This document shows positions 1-9,425 of a stretch of DNA of 64,000 bases, piece after piece (position 1 is the first letter of the stretch; each line of letters begins with the position of its first letter). Under the pieces are notes generated by a model. It had not been told where the DNA came from. It ran no database searches and worked only from the letters and a program-made list of their open reading frames with translations. A program made the position numbers and the translations under genes. The stretch is from an uncultured Pelolinea sp. Lineage in GTDB: Bacteria; Chloroflexota; Anaerolineae; Anaerolineales; Anaerolineaceae. The stretch spans positions 61,419 through 125,418 of the forward strand of contig CBDAFG010000092.1 in assembly GCA_965195205.1 (NCBI GenBank), written 5' to 3'.

Positions 1-158
1 TTTGGGTTTTTAGCAACAGTGGTGTTTGTGTTCAAGCCAGCCAGATTCATAGATATGGAACCATTGGAGGGGAGTCTCAGAGAATCATCCTGGTTTCCCC
101 AATATTTTATGAAGGCGATATTTGGGTGTGCTATGGCTGTAACTGAGTAAGTTTTCAC
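1..158 (-). CDS. mevalonate-pathway decarboxylase (diphospho-/phosphomevalonate decarboxylase family), N-terminal fragment; gene runs off the left edge
   Basis: Not in the ORF track because it is edge-truncated. Reverse-strand translation from GTG at 158 gives VKTYSVTAIAHPNIAFIKYWGNQDDSLRLPSNGSISMNLAGLNTNTTVAKNP. The NIAxIKYWG..D....P.N.SIS..L pattern is the N-terminal signature of MVD-family GHMP-fold enzymes. Confidence 0.6.
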   Translation of the reverse strand, partial: MKTYSVTAIAHPNIAFIKYWGNQDDSLRLPSNGSISMNLAGLNTNTTVAKNP

Positions 159-178
159 TGGGGGGATAATGGTATTTT

Positions 179-397
179 CTATCTTGAAGAAGATATTTGA
201 AGGATGTCGCCTTCCTCATTCGCTTTCACTTTAATTGAAACAGAGATTGTATGCCCGTTTGCTGTTATTGTGCTGCCGATATACTTGAGGATTGTTGAAC
301 CATCGGGCATTTTTTGTGTCTTTGGAGGGGTATTATTAAGATAAGGAAATTGTTTGAATACCTGATCACTTACCTTTTTTATTGTATTTAAATCCAT
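179..397 (-). CDS. hypothetical small protein (72 aa)
   Basis: The ORF starts 8 nt after the ftsZ stop on the same strand and has non-repetitive composition. I see no recognisable motif and no clear SD, so translational coupling to ftsZ is possible. Confidence 0.4.
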   Translation of the reverse strand: MDLNTIKKVSDQVFKQFPYLNNTPPKTQKMPDGSTILKYIGSTITANGHTISVSIKVKANEEGDILQISSSR

Positions 398-405
398 AAG
401 CTTAA

Positions 406-1539
406 TTAGTATGTTTTGTTTAAATTATAACCTTTCCGTAGAAATGCGGGTACTTCTAGTGTGTCTTCGTAATTATCTAACGATTTGGAATGCATCAAAT
501 TTTCGTTACTATTAACTGAAACGCAATCCTGTTCGATTAATTCGGTTGGTTTGTGCTTATAATCATCCTGGTAAAGTAATGGTGTAGCCCCTATACCAGT
601 AAGTAAAATCGAAACCATCACTTGGTCATCACCTGTTTCCGTTTGTTCAATTACTGGTATGATTTCTGTATACTCACCAACTATTTCTTTTAAATATTCA
701 ATGGCAAGGTCAATTTCATTGATTTTTAAGTCACCCGTTAATTTAATTATGATCCCTTGTGCTTGATGAATTGGCGTTTTTTCAAGTAGGGGGTGTGTTA
801 ATGCGTTTTGTATTGCAGAAATAATCCTTTCGGTTCCCTGTCCATAGCCAATTGAAATATATACACCCCCACCATTTTTCATTAATTTGGATATATGTGA
901 GAAATCAATGTTCAGCAAACCATGGTTATTCAAAATCCCAGTTATTCCTTGAATTCCCTTGATGAGGACGTCATCTGCCATTCCAAGAGCGGTTTTTATG
1001 GGTGTGTTTGGTGCAGCAAGGTCTACTAAACGATCGTTTGGGATAGTAATTAAAGTGTTTGTGAAGGGCTGCAAATTGATTGTTGCCTCGTAGGCAATAC
1101 TCTTCCTTTTTCCTGCCTCAAACGAGAAAGGTAATGTGACTACTGAAATTGTCAAGATATCCAGTGATGCGGCAATTCTAGCTGCAATCTCAATTGCTCC
1201 AGAACCAGTTCCTCCTCCCATCCCTGTGGTTAAGAATAAAAGATCTGAACCCTGAATGCATTCAATCAAATCATTGTAATTTTCTTCAGTGGCTGTTTTC
1301 CCGGTTGAAAGATCTCCTCCTGCCCCATGCCCATTGGTGGTTCTGGTGCCTAACCGGATGACTTTATCAGCTCTGCATATAGATAGAGAATGAAAATCCG
1401 TGTTAGCAGCAATCAATTCCACACCTTCAAGGTCTAAAGCGGAAAGGCGGGAAATTGTATTGCACCCACTCCCACCCAGTCCGAGAACTTTGATCTTATT
1501 GGATAGTGATTTATGTTTTGGCTGGCTGTGATTGTTCAT
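406..1539 (-). CDS. ftsZ: cell division protein FtsZ
   Basis: Motifs seen: GLGGSGCN nucleotide-binding N-terminus, tubulin signature GMGGGTGSGA, NIDFSHI T7-loop region, and a C-terminal conserved peptide LEVPAFLRKG. Confidence 0.95.
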   Translation of the reverse strand: MNNHSQPKHKSLSNKIKVLGLGGSGCNTISRLSALDLEGVELIAANTDFHSLSICRADKVIRLGTRTTNGHGAGGDLSTGKTATEENYNDLIECIQGSDLLFLTTGMGGGTGSGAIEIAARIAASLDILTISVVTLPFSFEAGKRKSIAYEATINLQPFTNTLITIPNDRLVDLAAPNTPIKTALGMADDVLIKGIQGITGILNNHGLLNIDFSHISKLMKNGGGVYISIGYGQGTERIISAIQNALTHPLLEKTPIHQAQGIIIKLTGDLKINEIDLAIEYLKEIVGEYTEIIPVIEQTETGDDQVMVSILLTGIGATPLLYQDDYKHKPTELIEQDCVSVNSNENLMHSKSLDNYEDTLEVPAFLRKGYNLNKTY

Positions 1540-1545
1540 GCTTTT

Positions 1546-2880
1546 CTACTCGCTTTGTAATTCTGCTATTTCGTTTGGGAAAATAATCTTAATAATGCAA
1601 TTTTCCGATAGGGTTTCTATTTCATCGGATAAAAATTCTTTCTTCTTATCGGTTATGAAAAGAATATAGGCTGCATTTGCAGCTTCGACTTTTGAAAAAC
1701 CTAAATGAGGTTTAAATTTTCTAATATAAGGATCTAATTTCTCAAGCAGGTTGGGCATATCTTGTTTTAGCGAATCGGAAAATAGGATATAGCGCCGATA
1801 TTTGAATTGAAATTGTTTAATCGGAATATTTATTTGGGAAGGGGTTTTTTCAGTTTGCAGGATGGGAACATTACTGGTTAATCCTAAAGTTAGTGCAGGA
1901 GGGAGAGGAAAACCTTTTGGAGTGAACCACCTATATGGAAAATATTTCTTTTCAGTTTGTGCGGAGAGAACGAAAAAATTACATCCGATCACCTCAGGTG
2001 GAATAGGAGACAATAGCTGTTCAGGGTTTTGGTGGTCATACACATTTTTTCCGTTTAACAAATTTGTGATTGCAAAAGAGATATCTGTGTGTGCAGTGTC
2101 CGCTGAATTTTCTGCGAAACAGCCGTTTGGAATTCCCGCTTCTAGAATAATAATTGGCAATTTTTTGCCGAAAACTTTCTCTGATAATTCCAGATACCAT
2201 TCGTATGTCCTGAAACTCTGCTGATTTTGTGTGTTTTGCTTTTTCTGAAAGGGTTTAGTTTTCGGCCATTTATTCTTTCCGCCAGAACCCCATTCGATGG
2301 AACGCCCCCAATCCCAACCAAATGCAGATAGGACCAAATTATTCTTGATTTGGGGCGTTGTATGTGCAAGACCTTCTAATGATTTCTCAATGAATGCAAG
2401 ATCCCAATAATCGCCGCCAGGGAAAAGCGGGGAGAAAACAGGTTTGATGCGGTTTTCCACACAAAGTTGTGCGAAAGGAATGAATAATTTTAGATGTTTT
2501 TCAACAATATCGTGCGTATTCCATTTGATATTACCCCACTTTGATCGCAGATTTGGCTTTTCGAATAAATATGCATATTTAACACCCCATTTTCCATACA
2601 CATTTAGTAAGGTGGTGAGGTTTGAAAAATTAACATCTGAACAAACATCTTCATTGAAATTAATTACTAGACTCACGCCAGCTTCGGAAAAAGTCCGGAT
2701 GAATTCTTCGGGAATAGCGCGGTCTTTTGGATTTTGAATAACTAACCATTTTGCATTAATTTCCTGTAATTTATGAGCCCATAAATGAGAATCAGCGGTT
2801 TTAAAATGTTCAACATCAAGGAAATAATGAAATCCAAGTTTATTTGAGGTAAAGGTCTTTTCTTGTGTTAAATGATCCAT
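1546..2880 (-). CDS. hypothetical cytoplasmic protein, possibly a clan GH-A-like TIM-barrel fold
   Basis: This 444-aa ORF ends 6 nt upstream of the ftsZ start. It has alternating beta/alpha-like segments (WLVIQ, SLVINF, YAYLFEKPN, IIILEAG) that resemble the NEP acid/base and E-nucleophile strands of GH-A hydrolases. There is no signal peptide. The fold assignment is by eye only. Confidence 0.5.
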   Translation of the reverse strand: MDHLTQEKTFTSNKLGFHYFLDVEHFKTADSHLWAHKLQEINAKWLVIQNPKDRAIPEEFIRTFSEAGVSLVINFNEDVCSDVNFSNLTTLLNVYGKWGVKYAYLFEKPNLRSKWGNIKWNTHDIVEKHLKLFIPFAQLCVENRIKPVFSPLFPGGDYWDLAFIEKSLEGLAHTTPQIKNNLVLSAFGWDWGRSIEWGSGGKNKWPKTKPFQKKQNTQNQQSFRTYEWYLELSEKVFGKKLPIIILEAGIPNGCFAENSADTAHTDISFAITNLLNGKNVYDHQNPEQLLSPIPPEVIGCNFFVLSAQTEKKYFPYRWFTPKGFPLPPALTLGLTSNVPILQTEKTPSQINIPIKQFQFKYRRYILFSDSLKQDMPNLLEKLDPYIRKFKPHLGFSKVEAANAAYILFITDKKKEFLSDEIETLSENCIIKIIFPNEIAELQSE

Positions 2881-2970
2881 TGGTTAATTGGAAAATCCTT
2901 AAAATAATTATTAATAATGGTGCAAGAAGAATGCCATTCATATGATGGCCAATCTGCTATAATCGCTTGC

Positions 2971-3855
2971 ATGATACTTGTAACAGGCGGGACCGGGTTT
3001 ATCGGATCAAGAGTTATTCTTCGACTGGTACAATCTCAGCTCCCATTAAAAGTATTATTACGACCTCAAAAAATAATTACAAAACTACCCCATGATCTTG
3101 CGTTGGATGCGGCGGTTAGCAGTCTAAAGGACCAAAGAAGTTTGCGAGCTGTTTTAAGTGGGGTTAAAACCGTCTTGCATTTTGCCAGTGCGGAAAACGA
3201 GAAACCACATCCCAACTTTGAGGATGTGGACGTGATAGGAACAGAGACTTTAATTAAAGCATCGGTTGATGCTGGCGTTGAAAAAATTCTTTTTCTCAGT
3301 CGAGTTGGCGCGGATAATAATTCAATATATCCAATCCTAAAAGCTAAGGCATTGGCTGAGAAAGCGATCAAGAACAGCGGGTTAGACTATGTGATCTTAC
3401 GATTAACGGATGTGTTTGGAGAAAACGATCATTTTACAAACCAACTAGCAAATTATATAAAAGCAGCGCCAGGAATTGTTCCTTTACCTGAAGGAGGACG
3501 AACAGTCCACCAGCCATTATGGATCGAAGATCTCATTTCATCTATTTTTCTCGTTATCGAAGATGATCTTTTCCGCAAATCAATATTTACAATAGGTGGA
3601 GGCGAATTTTTGGAATTTCGCTCAATCATTGAAATAATTATGAAAAAGATTGAGAAGCGAAAGATGCTTTTTACTGTTTCCCCTGCATATTTGCGCTTAT
3701 ATAATTTATGGTTTAAGCAGAGCAGAGGCGGCTTTCCTTTATCAAGCACCTGGCTGGATCTCTTGGCAGTTGACCGAACATGCGCATTAGATTCTTTACC
3801 GAGGACTTTCAAACTTTTACCGGCTCGCTTTAATAATCACCTGGATCACTTGTAG
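2971..3855 (+). CDS. NAD(P)-binding Rossmann protein (NmrA/NDUFA9-like epimerase-dehydratase superfamily)
   Basis: The N-terminus MILVTGGTGFIGSRV is a canonical GxxGxxG Rossmann motif. The ORF-track start at 2917 adds 18 non-conserved residues, so the ATG at 2971 is preferred. Confidence 0.8.
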   Translation: MILVTGGTGFIGSRVILRLVQSQLPLKVLLRPQKIITKLPHDLALDAAVSSLKDQRSLRAVLSGVKTVLHFASAENEKPHPNFEDVDVIGTETLIKASVDAGVEKILFLSRVGADNNSIYPILKAKALAEKAIKNSGLDYVILRLTDVFGENDHFTNQLANYIKAAPGIVPLPEGGRTVHQPLWIEDLISSIFLVIEDDLFRKSIFTIGGGEFLEFRSIIEIIMKKIEKRKMLFTVSPAYLRLYNLWFKQSRGGFPLSSTWLDLLAVDRTCALDSLPRTFKLLPARFNNHLDHL

Positions 3856-3864
3856 ATTAATTCT

Positions 3865-5514
3865 TTATTGATAAACCAAGTTAATTTCGAAAACCCTACA
3901 TTCATACGGCGATAATTTCACTGAAATCTTTTGTTCTTTAATTGCCGAATAAGGAATTGGAATTTCCTTTTTTGTATAAAAATCTACAAGTACGGTGGAA
4001 TTGTTTTCAGGTGACTCAAGTGGAGCTTTAATGAACCCATCTGATTGTTTGTCAACATTATTGTAGATGACTAAGCTGTGGTAGGCATCATTTTGATTGG
4101 TGTAAGCAATTACATCATTGTTGATATTTCCTTCGGTGAAATAGCAATCATGTAGTTTGAAGTTTTTGGAGGTAGAATACCTAAATCGATTTTCAAGCAG
4201 TGGCTGGATCTGTCTTATATGTCGAGAGATAAGCTTTTCATCTGGAGTTTCTTTAAAATGCGGTTGGTGGAAATCCATTCCATACCTTTCTCTGTATCCC
4301 TCAAATTGTCCGTGCCCAAACATAGGCAGGCCAGGCATTGTTGCTAAAAGTGTACATATTCCAAAATATTTTTCTTTATTCCCGAATTGATTAATTGCAG
4401 GTTCCTCATCGGGAGTAGATTGATAATTTACCAATCTCTCTAGAAATAATGGATCTATTGCGATCATGTCCTTGATACATTGTTTGAACTTTTTGTTTTC
4501 TTCGTCTCGTAATAAATTCATGAAAGCGCTGTTATAAACGCGATCCATCCCTAGATGCTGGATGAAAAAACCTTCCATCAACCAAAATGCTTCAGCAATC
4601 AGAAGTGTGTTTGGTTCTTTCTCCCGGATATTTTCCAGCACCTCAATCCAAAATTCGCGAGGCATCAGGTGGTCGAATTCTGATTTTTCCATGTTGTTAT
4701 TGGCTCTTGTGGGGATAAACTTGCTCGCGCCTGTATTTGGAAACCACAACCGTTTATAGTGCTGCTTGGTTAACGTCATTGCTGCATCGAGCCGAATAAT
4801 GTCAAATTTCCCCGCAACATCCAAAATGACCTCTCGTACTGCCGCGCGAGTTTCCTCATTTAAATAATTCAATTGAGCGGTATCATTCCACGGCATACTG
4901 GTACCATCGTTGCCGTGATAAATATATAAATTCTCTTCTGATGAAGAGTTGTTGCTAAACTGGAAAACTTCAGCCGCGCCAGTCTGTGTGTAATACCCTT
5001 CTTCTATTTGAATTTTTGCGCGTGGATCAAGGGAAAGATTAGGAGAGTTATATTTAAATACTGAGCTTGGGTTTTGTTTTGATTGAATAAACCAGTTGGG
5101 ATGATCAACAACCCATGGGGAATCAATTCCTGTGTGATTGGGTACCATATCACATCCTAATTTTAGACCAGCATTATTCGCTTTTATTTTTAACTTTAAA
5201 TAGGCTTCTTCACCGCCTAAATCATTTGTGATGCGGTAGTTAAAAATAGAATAGGCAGATGCAATGGCGTTTTTCTTCCCATAGAGTTCTTTGATCTTTT
5301 TTGAGGCTGGGCTGCGTTCCCAGATCCCAATTAGCCAAAGGCCATTCAACCCATAAGATTTCAGCGACTCTAATTCTTCAATGGGAATTTGGTCAAGATG
5401 TTCAATTGGCTTATTATATTTTTCGGATAATTGGAACATCCAAACAAATGTGTTCTTTGCGATGAGTACAAGATTCTGTTTCCAGTTGTTTTTGGTTGAT
5501 TGATCTTTTTTCAT
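3865..5514 (-). CDS. GH13 alpha-amylase family glycoside hydrolase (cytoplasmic)
   Basis: GH13 conserved regions seen: DMVPNHTG (region I), IIRLDAAM (region II, nucleophile Asp) and LIAEAFW (region III, Glu). No signal peptide. Confidence 0.85.
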   Translation of the reverse strand: MKKDQSTKNNWKQNLVLIAKNTFVWMFQLSEKYNKPIEHLDQIPIEELESLKSYGLNGLWLIGIWERSPASKKIKELYGKKNAIASAYSIFNYRITNDLGGEEAYLKLKIKANNAGLKLGCDMVPNHTGIDSPWVVDHPNWFIQSKQNPSSVFKYNSPNLSLDPRAKIQIEEGYYTQTGAAEVFQFSNNSSSEENLYIYHGNDGTSMPWNDTAQLNYLNEETRAAVREVILDVAGKFDIIRLDAAMTLTKQHYKRLWFPNTGASKFIPTRANNNMEKSEFDHLMPREFWIEVLENIREKEPNTLLIAEAFWLMEGFFIQHLGMDRVYNSAFMNLLRDEENKKFKQCIKDMIAIDPLFLERLVNYQSTPDEEPAINQFGNKEKYFGICTLLATMPGLPMFGHGQFEGYRERYGMDFHQPHFKETPDEKLISRHIRQIQPLLENRFRYSTSKNFKLHDCYFTEGNINNDVIAYTNQNDAYHSLVIYNNVDKQSDGFIKAPLESPENNSTVLVDFYTKKEIPIPYSAIKEQKISVKLSPYECRVFEINLVYQ

Positions 5515-5577
5515 GTATTACCAAATGGATTCCTGAGGAAATTTAATTGTAATTAATGTGATTAATATGATTCTATC

Positions 5578-6444
5578 TTAAATTAATTCCGGGATCGCAA
5601 AAATATCTTTCTCTTTGCCTTCATCTGTAAGGGCTTGAATGATCTCGCGAGCAGCAATCAGAGAGTTAATCGACTTGTGGGTATCGGGTTCACTCCACCG
5701 AAATAACTTCTGAATTTCTTTAACAGTTCCCGTTCCATTTGATTGAAAGTATGAACGCAAGATAGTATTAAAGGCCTTCTCTTTGTTGATTTGTAGGGAT
5801 CGTTCAATTAGTTCTGGAAATACGCTATGAACCGTTTGATAAATATATGCATATTTCCATCTGCCATTTTGTGAGATACCAGATGGCATGATGCGAAAAT
5901 CGCGCTGCAGCAATTCGAGCGCGCGGTTAAACCTTGAAGCATTTTCCGGTGCTGATAAATTTGATTGAGTGCGAAGGGTAATTGTATCCAATGGGCCGGA
6001 GAGAGTTAAGGCCTTAAAAATCTGCTTCTCTTCCGTGGAAATTTTCCCTTGTTTGTAAATAAAATTTACATCTTCTAAACATTCGTGTACGCTTTGAGAA
6101 AGCGCAAAAAAATAAGGGATCAGATTGAGGGAGATGATCGTACTTCTCCGGTGTAAAACTTTCGCATAAAACCATTTTTTCTTCCCGAGCAAGTTGTCTT
6201 TCCATCGCCATGTGATATGCCCGGGATCGTCGTGGTTGTTAGGAACAGGACGATCTCCTGCTACCCCACACCACAAACTTGGCAGATCTATACCCTTAAT
6301 TGGCCAAAAGAACACAAAACCTCGTTCGTTAATAAAATTTAGCGCATCCTTAATGGTATGCAGCCTTATATTTGGATTGAGTCGATAGGTGTTTGATCGG
6401 TATTGATGGATTTGTTTTTGAGTAATATTTTTTTTAGTTTTCAT
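5578..6444 (-). CDS. hypothetical protein
   Basis: This long ORF has its preferred start at MKTKKNITQ (ATG 6444), which overlaps the thiolase stop by 11 nt (aATGAAAACTAA). I do not recognise any family signature. Confidence 0.6.
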   Translation of the reverse strand: MKTKKNITQKQIHQYRSNTYRLNPNIRLHTIKDALNFINERGFVFFWPIKGIDLPSLWCGVAGDRPVPNNHDDPGHITWRWKDNLLGKKKWFYAKVLHRRSTIISLNLIPYFFALSQSVHECLEDVNFIYKQGKISTEEKQIFKALTLSGPLDTITLRTQSNLSAPENASRFNRALELLQRDFRIMPSGISQNGRWKYAYIYQTVHSVFPELIERSLQINKEKAFNTILRSYFQSNGTGTVKEIQKLFRWSEPDTHKSINSLIAAREIIQALTDEGKEKDIFAIPELI

Positions 6445-7594
6445 TGGTGAGAACATGAGTGATGATATTTGAGCCACTGCCACCAATATTTTGCGCCATC
6501 CCAAAAACAGCCCCTTGCACCTGGTTTTTTCCAGCTTCTCCACGCAATTGTTGAATCACTTCTACAATCTGATACATACCTGTTGCACCGACAGGGTGAC
6601 CGCGTGCTTTTAGCCCTCCCATAGTTGCGACGGGTAGGCGCCCAGTCAGCTGTAATTCACCTTCCAAAGCTAGATTAGGAGCTTTCCCCCGAGCAGCGAA
6701 TCCACAAGCTTCCAAGGATAAGGCAGCCATGATTGTAAATGCATCATGATATTCAAAAAGATCAATATCTTTTTCTGTGATACCAGCTTGACTGTACGCT
6801 TGTCTTGCGGATCGTTCAGCCGCTGATAACCATAGAGGATCCTTCCGGGAATGAACTGCGATAGTATCGCTGGCGGCAGCGGAGCCAGCAACATAAATGA
6901 TTTTTTGATGCCCATAAGCTTCTATTGAATCGTAAGGAACCAATACAACTGCTGCTGCACCATCTCCAATGGGGGAGGCATCCATTAATGTTATTGGATC
7001 GCATATAACCGGTGAACTAATATATTGTTCTTCTGATAATTCTGAGTGAAATCTGGCATGAGGGTTATGTAACGCGTTTTTATGCGCATTAATTGAGAAT
7101 CCTGCGAAATTGGAATGGTCCCAATTGTATTCGTACAGATAACGCTGCATGAGAAGCGCATTTAAAGCTACAAATGAAACCCCTTGGCTTGCTTCCCAAT
7201 CTGCATCGGCTGCAGTGGCTAAATTTGCCGTGATCTCAGCGTTTGGGGAATCCGTCATTTTCTCAACAGCGGCTGCTACCGCAATATCCACTTCATTAGA
7301 AGCAACTGCTAAGATAGCTGCCCGGAATGCCGCTGAACCAGAACTGCATGCAGTTTCAACCCGGATGCTTTCAGAACCTCGTGCGCCAACCCAATCAGCA
7401 ATATATGCCCCGACATTTTGTTGCTTGTTTGCTGATGCGGACATCATATTTCCGATGAACAGGGAATCGAATTTATTAATATGAGCGTCTAATAATGCAT
7501 CAAGAATTGAATCCCCTGCTAATTCTTTAAGAGACTTTTCCCAATGTTCAGAAACAATGGTTTGGCCGATACCAATCACTGCTACTTTTCTCAT
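6434..7594 (-). CDS. thiolase-family protein (archaeal/SCP-x-type acetyl-CoA acetyltransferase-like)
   Basis: Active-site region ETACSSGSAAFRAA holds the Cys nucleophile, and the C-terminal GHPVGATG and NIGGSG motifs are typical of thiolases. The 386-aa length matches the short thiolase-domain proteins. Confidence 0.85.
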   Translation of the reverse strand: MRKVAVIGIGQTIVSEHWEKSLKELAGDSILDALLDAHINKFDSLFIGNMMSASANKQQNVGAYIADWVGARGSESIRVETACSSGSAAFRAAILAVASNEVDIAVAAAVEKMTDSPNAEITANLATAADADWEASQGVSFVALNALLMQRYLYEYNWDHSNFAGFSINAHKNALHNPHARFHSELSEEQYISSPVICDPITLMDASPIGDGAAAVVLVPYDSIEAYGHQKIIYVAGSAAASDTIAVHSRKDPLWLSAAERSARQAYSQAGITEKDIDLFEYHDAFTIMAALSLEACGFAARGKAPNLALEGELQLTGRLPVATMGGLKARGHPVGATGMYQIVEVIQQLRGEAGKNQVQGAVFGMAQNIGGSGSNIITHVLTNEN

Positions 7595-7707
7595 TTACTC
7601 TCCAATTGGAATTTCACCTAATTATAGATAATAAAACTATCATGGCCTATCAATTCTTGAAGGTGAGGTTGGGAGAGTACAATTGTTGAAATTGGAGATT
7701 TTTTAGA

Positions 7708-8346
7708 ATGAGAATAATTGATATTTCTATTCCATTGTCAGAAAAAACACCGGTCTGGGAGGGTGACAGAGGAATCAGCATTTCTCGTGTAGCCAGAATT
7801 GAGGAGGGTAGTGATTTCAACGTTTCGCGGATAGAACTTGGGGTGCATGCAGGGACACATATTGATGCACCCTTTCATGTGTTCGAAAAGGGTAATACTG
7901 TCGACCAAATTCCATTAGAGACTCTGATCGGCAGCGTTCAGGTAGTAGAAATTCCTGATGGAATATCTGTAATAGATAAAAATTGCTTGATGAAATTAAA
8001 GTTTCAAGATGGAATTGATCGAATTCTATTTAAAACATCAAACTCGTTTTATTGGGAGACAGATCCATTTTCTTTTAATCGAGAATTTGTGGCGGTAAAC
8101 TCTGAAGGTGCCAAGTACCTTGCAGATATGGATGTGAGGTTGGTAGGTGTGGATTATTTTTCAGTTTCCTCTTTCAACGATCTAAAACAACCTCATGTGA
8201 CCTTGTTGGACCGTGGAATTGTTTTACTTGAGAATATTGATCTCAGGCGAGTGGAGCCGGGGATTTATGAATTAATCTGCCTTCCGATGAAAATCATTGG
8301 AACAGATGGGGCGCCGGTAAGGGCTGTACTAATTTCAGGAAAATAA
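7708..8346 (+). CDS. cyclase-family protein (kynurenine formamidase-like)
   Basis: The HAGTHIDAPFH motif (HxGTHxDxPxH) is characteristic of the putative cyclase / arylformamidase family. Confidence 0.85.
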   Translation: MRIIDISIPLSEKTPVWEGDRGISISRVARIEEGSDFNVSRIELGVHAGTHIDAPFHVFEKGNTVDQIPLETLIGSVQVVEIPDGISVIDKNCLMKLKFQDGIDRILFKTSNSFYWETDPFSFNREFVAVNSEGAKYLADMDVRLVGVDYFSVSSFNDLKQPHVTLLDRGIVLLENIDLRRVEPGIYELICLPMKIIGTDGAPVRAVLISGK

Positions 8347-8441
8347 TTTAAATTTATTTTTAATAAATTATTTAGGGTTACTTTTTAATTGATTTGTTAT
8401 ACTCAGCACCATAAAAAATTAATCATATTCTGGAGCAAATT

Positions 8442-9374
8442 ATGGATTTAAAGGATTCAAAGCAAATTGAAAAAGTAATTATTTTAGGAACCGGTCCCGC
8501 CGGTTTATCAGCAAGTTTGTATGCAGCGAGAGCTAATCTCAATCCGCTAGTTTTAACAGGTACTCAGATTGGGGGGCAGGCTGCGTTAACTGATCGGATT
8601 GAAAATTACCCAGGATTTCCTGAAGGTGTAGGTGGGGCAGAATTGGCTGATCTATTTCAGAAAAATGCTGAACGATTTGGCACGCGGATAGAATATGATA
8701 CAGCAACAGAAGTGGATCTTTCTTCGAGGCCTTTTGTGGTTAAGACGTATAGTAAGTCATTTGAAACGCAAACTCTAATTATTGCTACTGGTGCTACTCC
8801 CAACAAATTACGTATACCTGGAGAAGACGAGTTTCTAGGAAAAGGTGTGTCGTACTGTGCGACCTGCGATGGTTGGTTTTTTAAGGATAAAGCGGTTATC
8901 GTTGTTGGCGGAGGAGATAGTGCTCTTGAAGAGGGGATTTTCTTAACACGATATGCTTCTTCAGTGAAAATCATTCACCGCAGAGATGAGTTGCGGGCTG
9001 GTGCAATTTTACAAAAACGCGCTTTGAGCAACCCAAAAATTGAAGTTGTTTGGGATTCAGTTGTTAAAGAAGTAAAAGGCAGTGATGGTGTTGAAAAGGT
9101 CGAAATAGAAAATGTGAAAACTGGAAAGCGGAGTGAATTATTAACGGATGGTTTCTTTGTTTTTATCGGCCATAAACCGACAACAGAGCTTTTTAAATCC
9201 CAGTTAGAATTGGACGAGAAGGGCTATATCATCGTTGATAAGAGAATGCGCACTAATATTCCAGGGGTTTTTGTTGCAGGAGAAGCGTGTGATCCTCTCT
9301 ACCGCCAGGTAATCACATCGGCGGGAATGGGTGCTATGGCTGCGATAGAAGCGACACGTTTACTGGAAAGTTAA
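8442..9374 (+). CDS. trxB: thioredoxin-disulfide reductase (NADPH-dependent)
   Basis: Motifs seen: GTGPAG FAD site, redox CATCDG, GGGDSALEE, and the HRRDELRA NADPH motif. Confidence 0.93.
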   Translation: MDLKDSKQIEKVIILGTGPAGLSASLYAARANLNPLVLTGTQIGGQAALTDRIENYPGFPEGVGGAELADLFQKNAERFGTRIEYDTATEVDLSSRPFVVKTYSKSFETQTLIIATGATPNKLRIPGEDEFLGKGVSYCATCDGWFFKDKAVIVVGGGDSALEEGIFLTRYASSVKIIHRRDELRAGAILQKRALSNPKIEVVWDSVVKEVKGSDGVEKVEIENVKTGKRSELLTDGFFVFIGHKPTTELFKSQLELDEKGYIIVDKRMRTNIPGVFVAGEACDPLYRQVITSAGMGAMAAIEATRLLES

Positions 9375-9386
9375 TTCGAAAAAGAA

Positions 9387-9414
9387 AAAGCGAGGTGAAT
9401 TTTCACCTCGCTTT
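9387..9414. terminator. bidirectional intrinsic terminator between trxB and the LysM gene
   Basis: Stem aaagcgaggtga / tcacctcgcttt (12 bp, 4-nt loop). A long T-tract follows on the minus strand (tttttcttttt) and a short one on the plus strand. Confidence 0.75.
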
Positions 9415-9425
9415 AATCTTGTTTT

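Noticed and set aside
406-1539. Whether this FtsZ is a divergent FtsZ-like paralogue rather than the divisome protein
   Set aside because: It has the full tubulin signature, the T7 loop and the C-terminal partner-binding peptide, so nothing suggests a paralogue.
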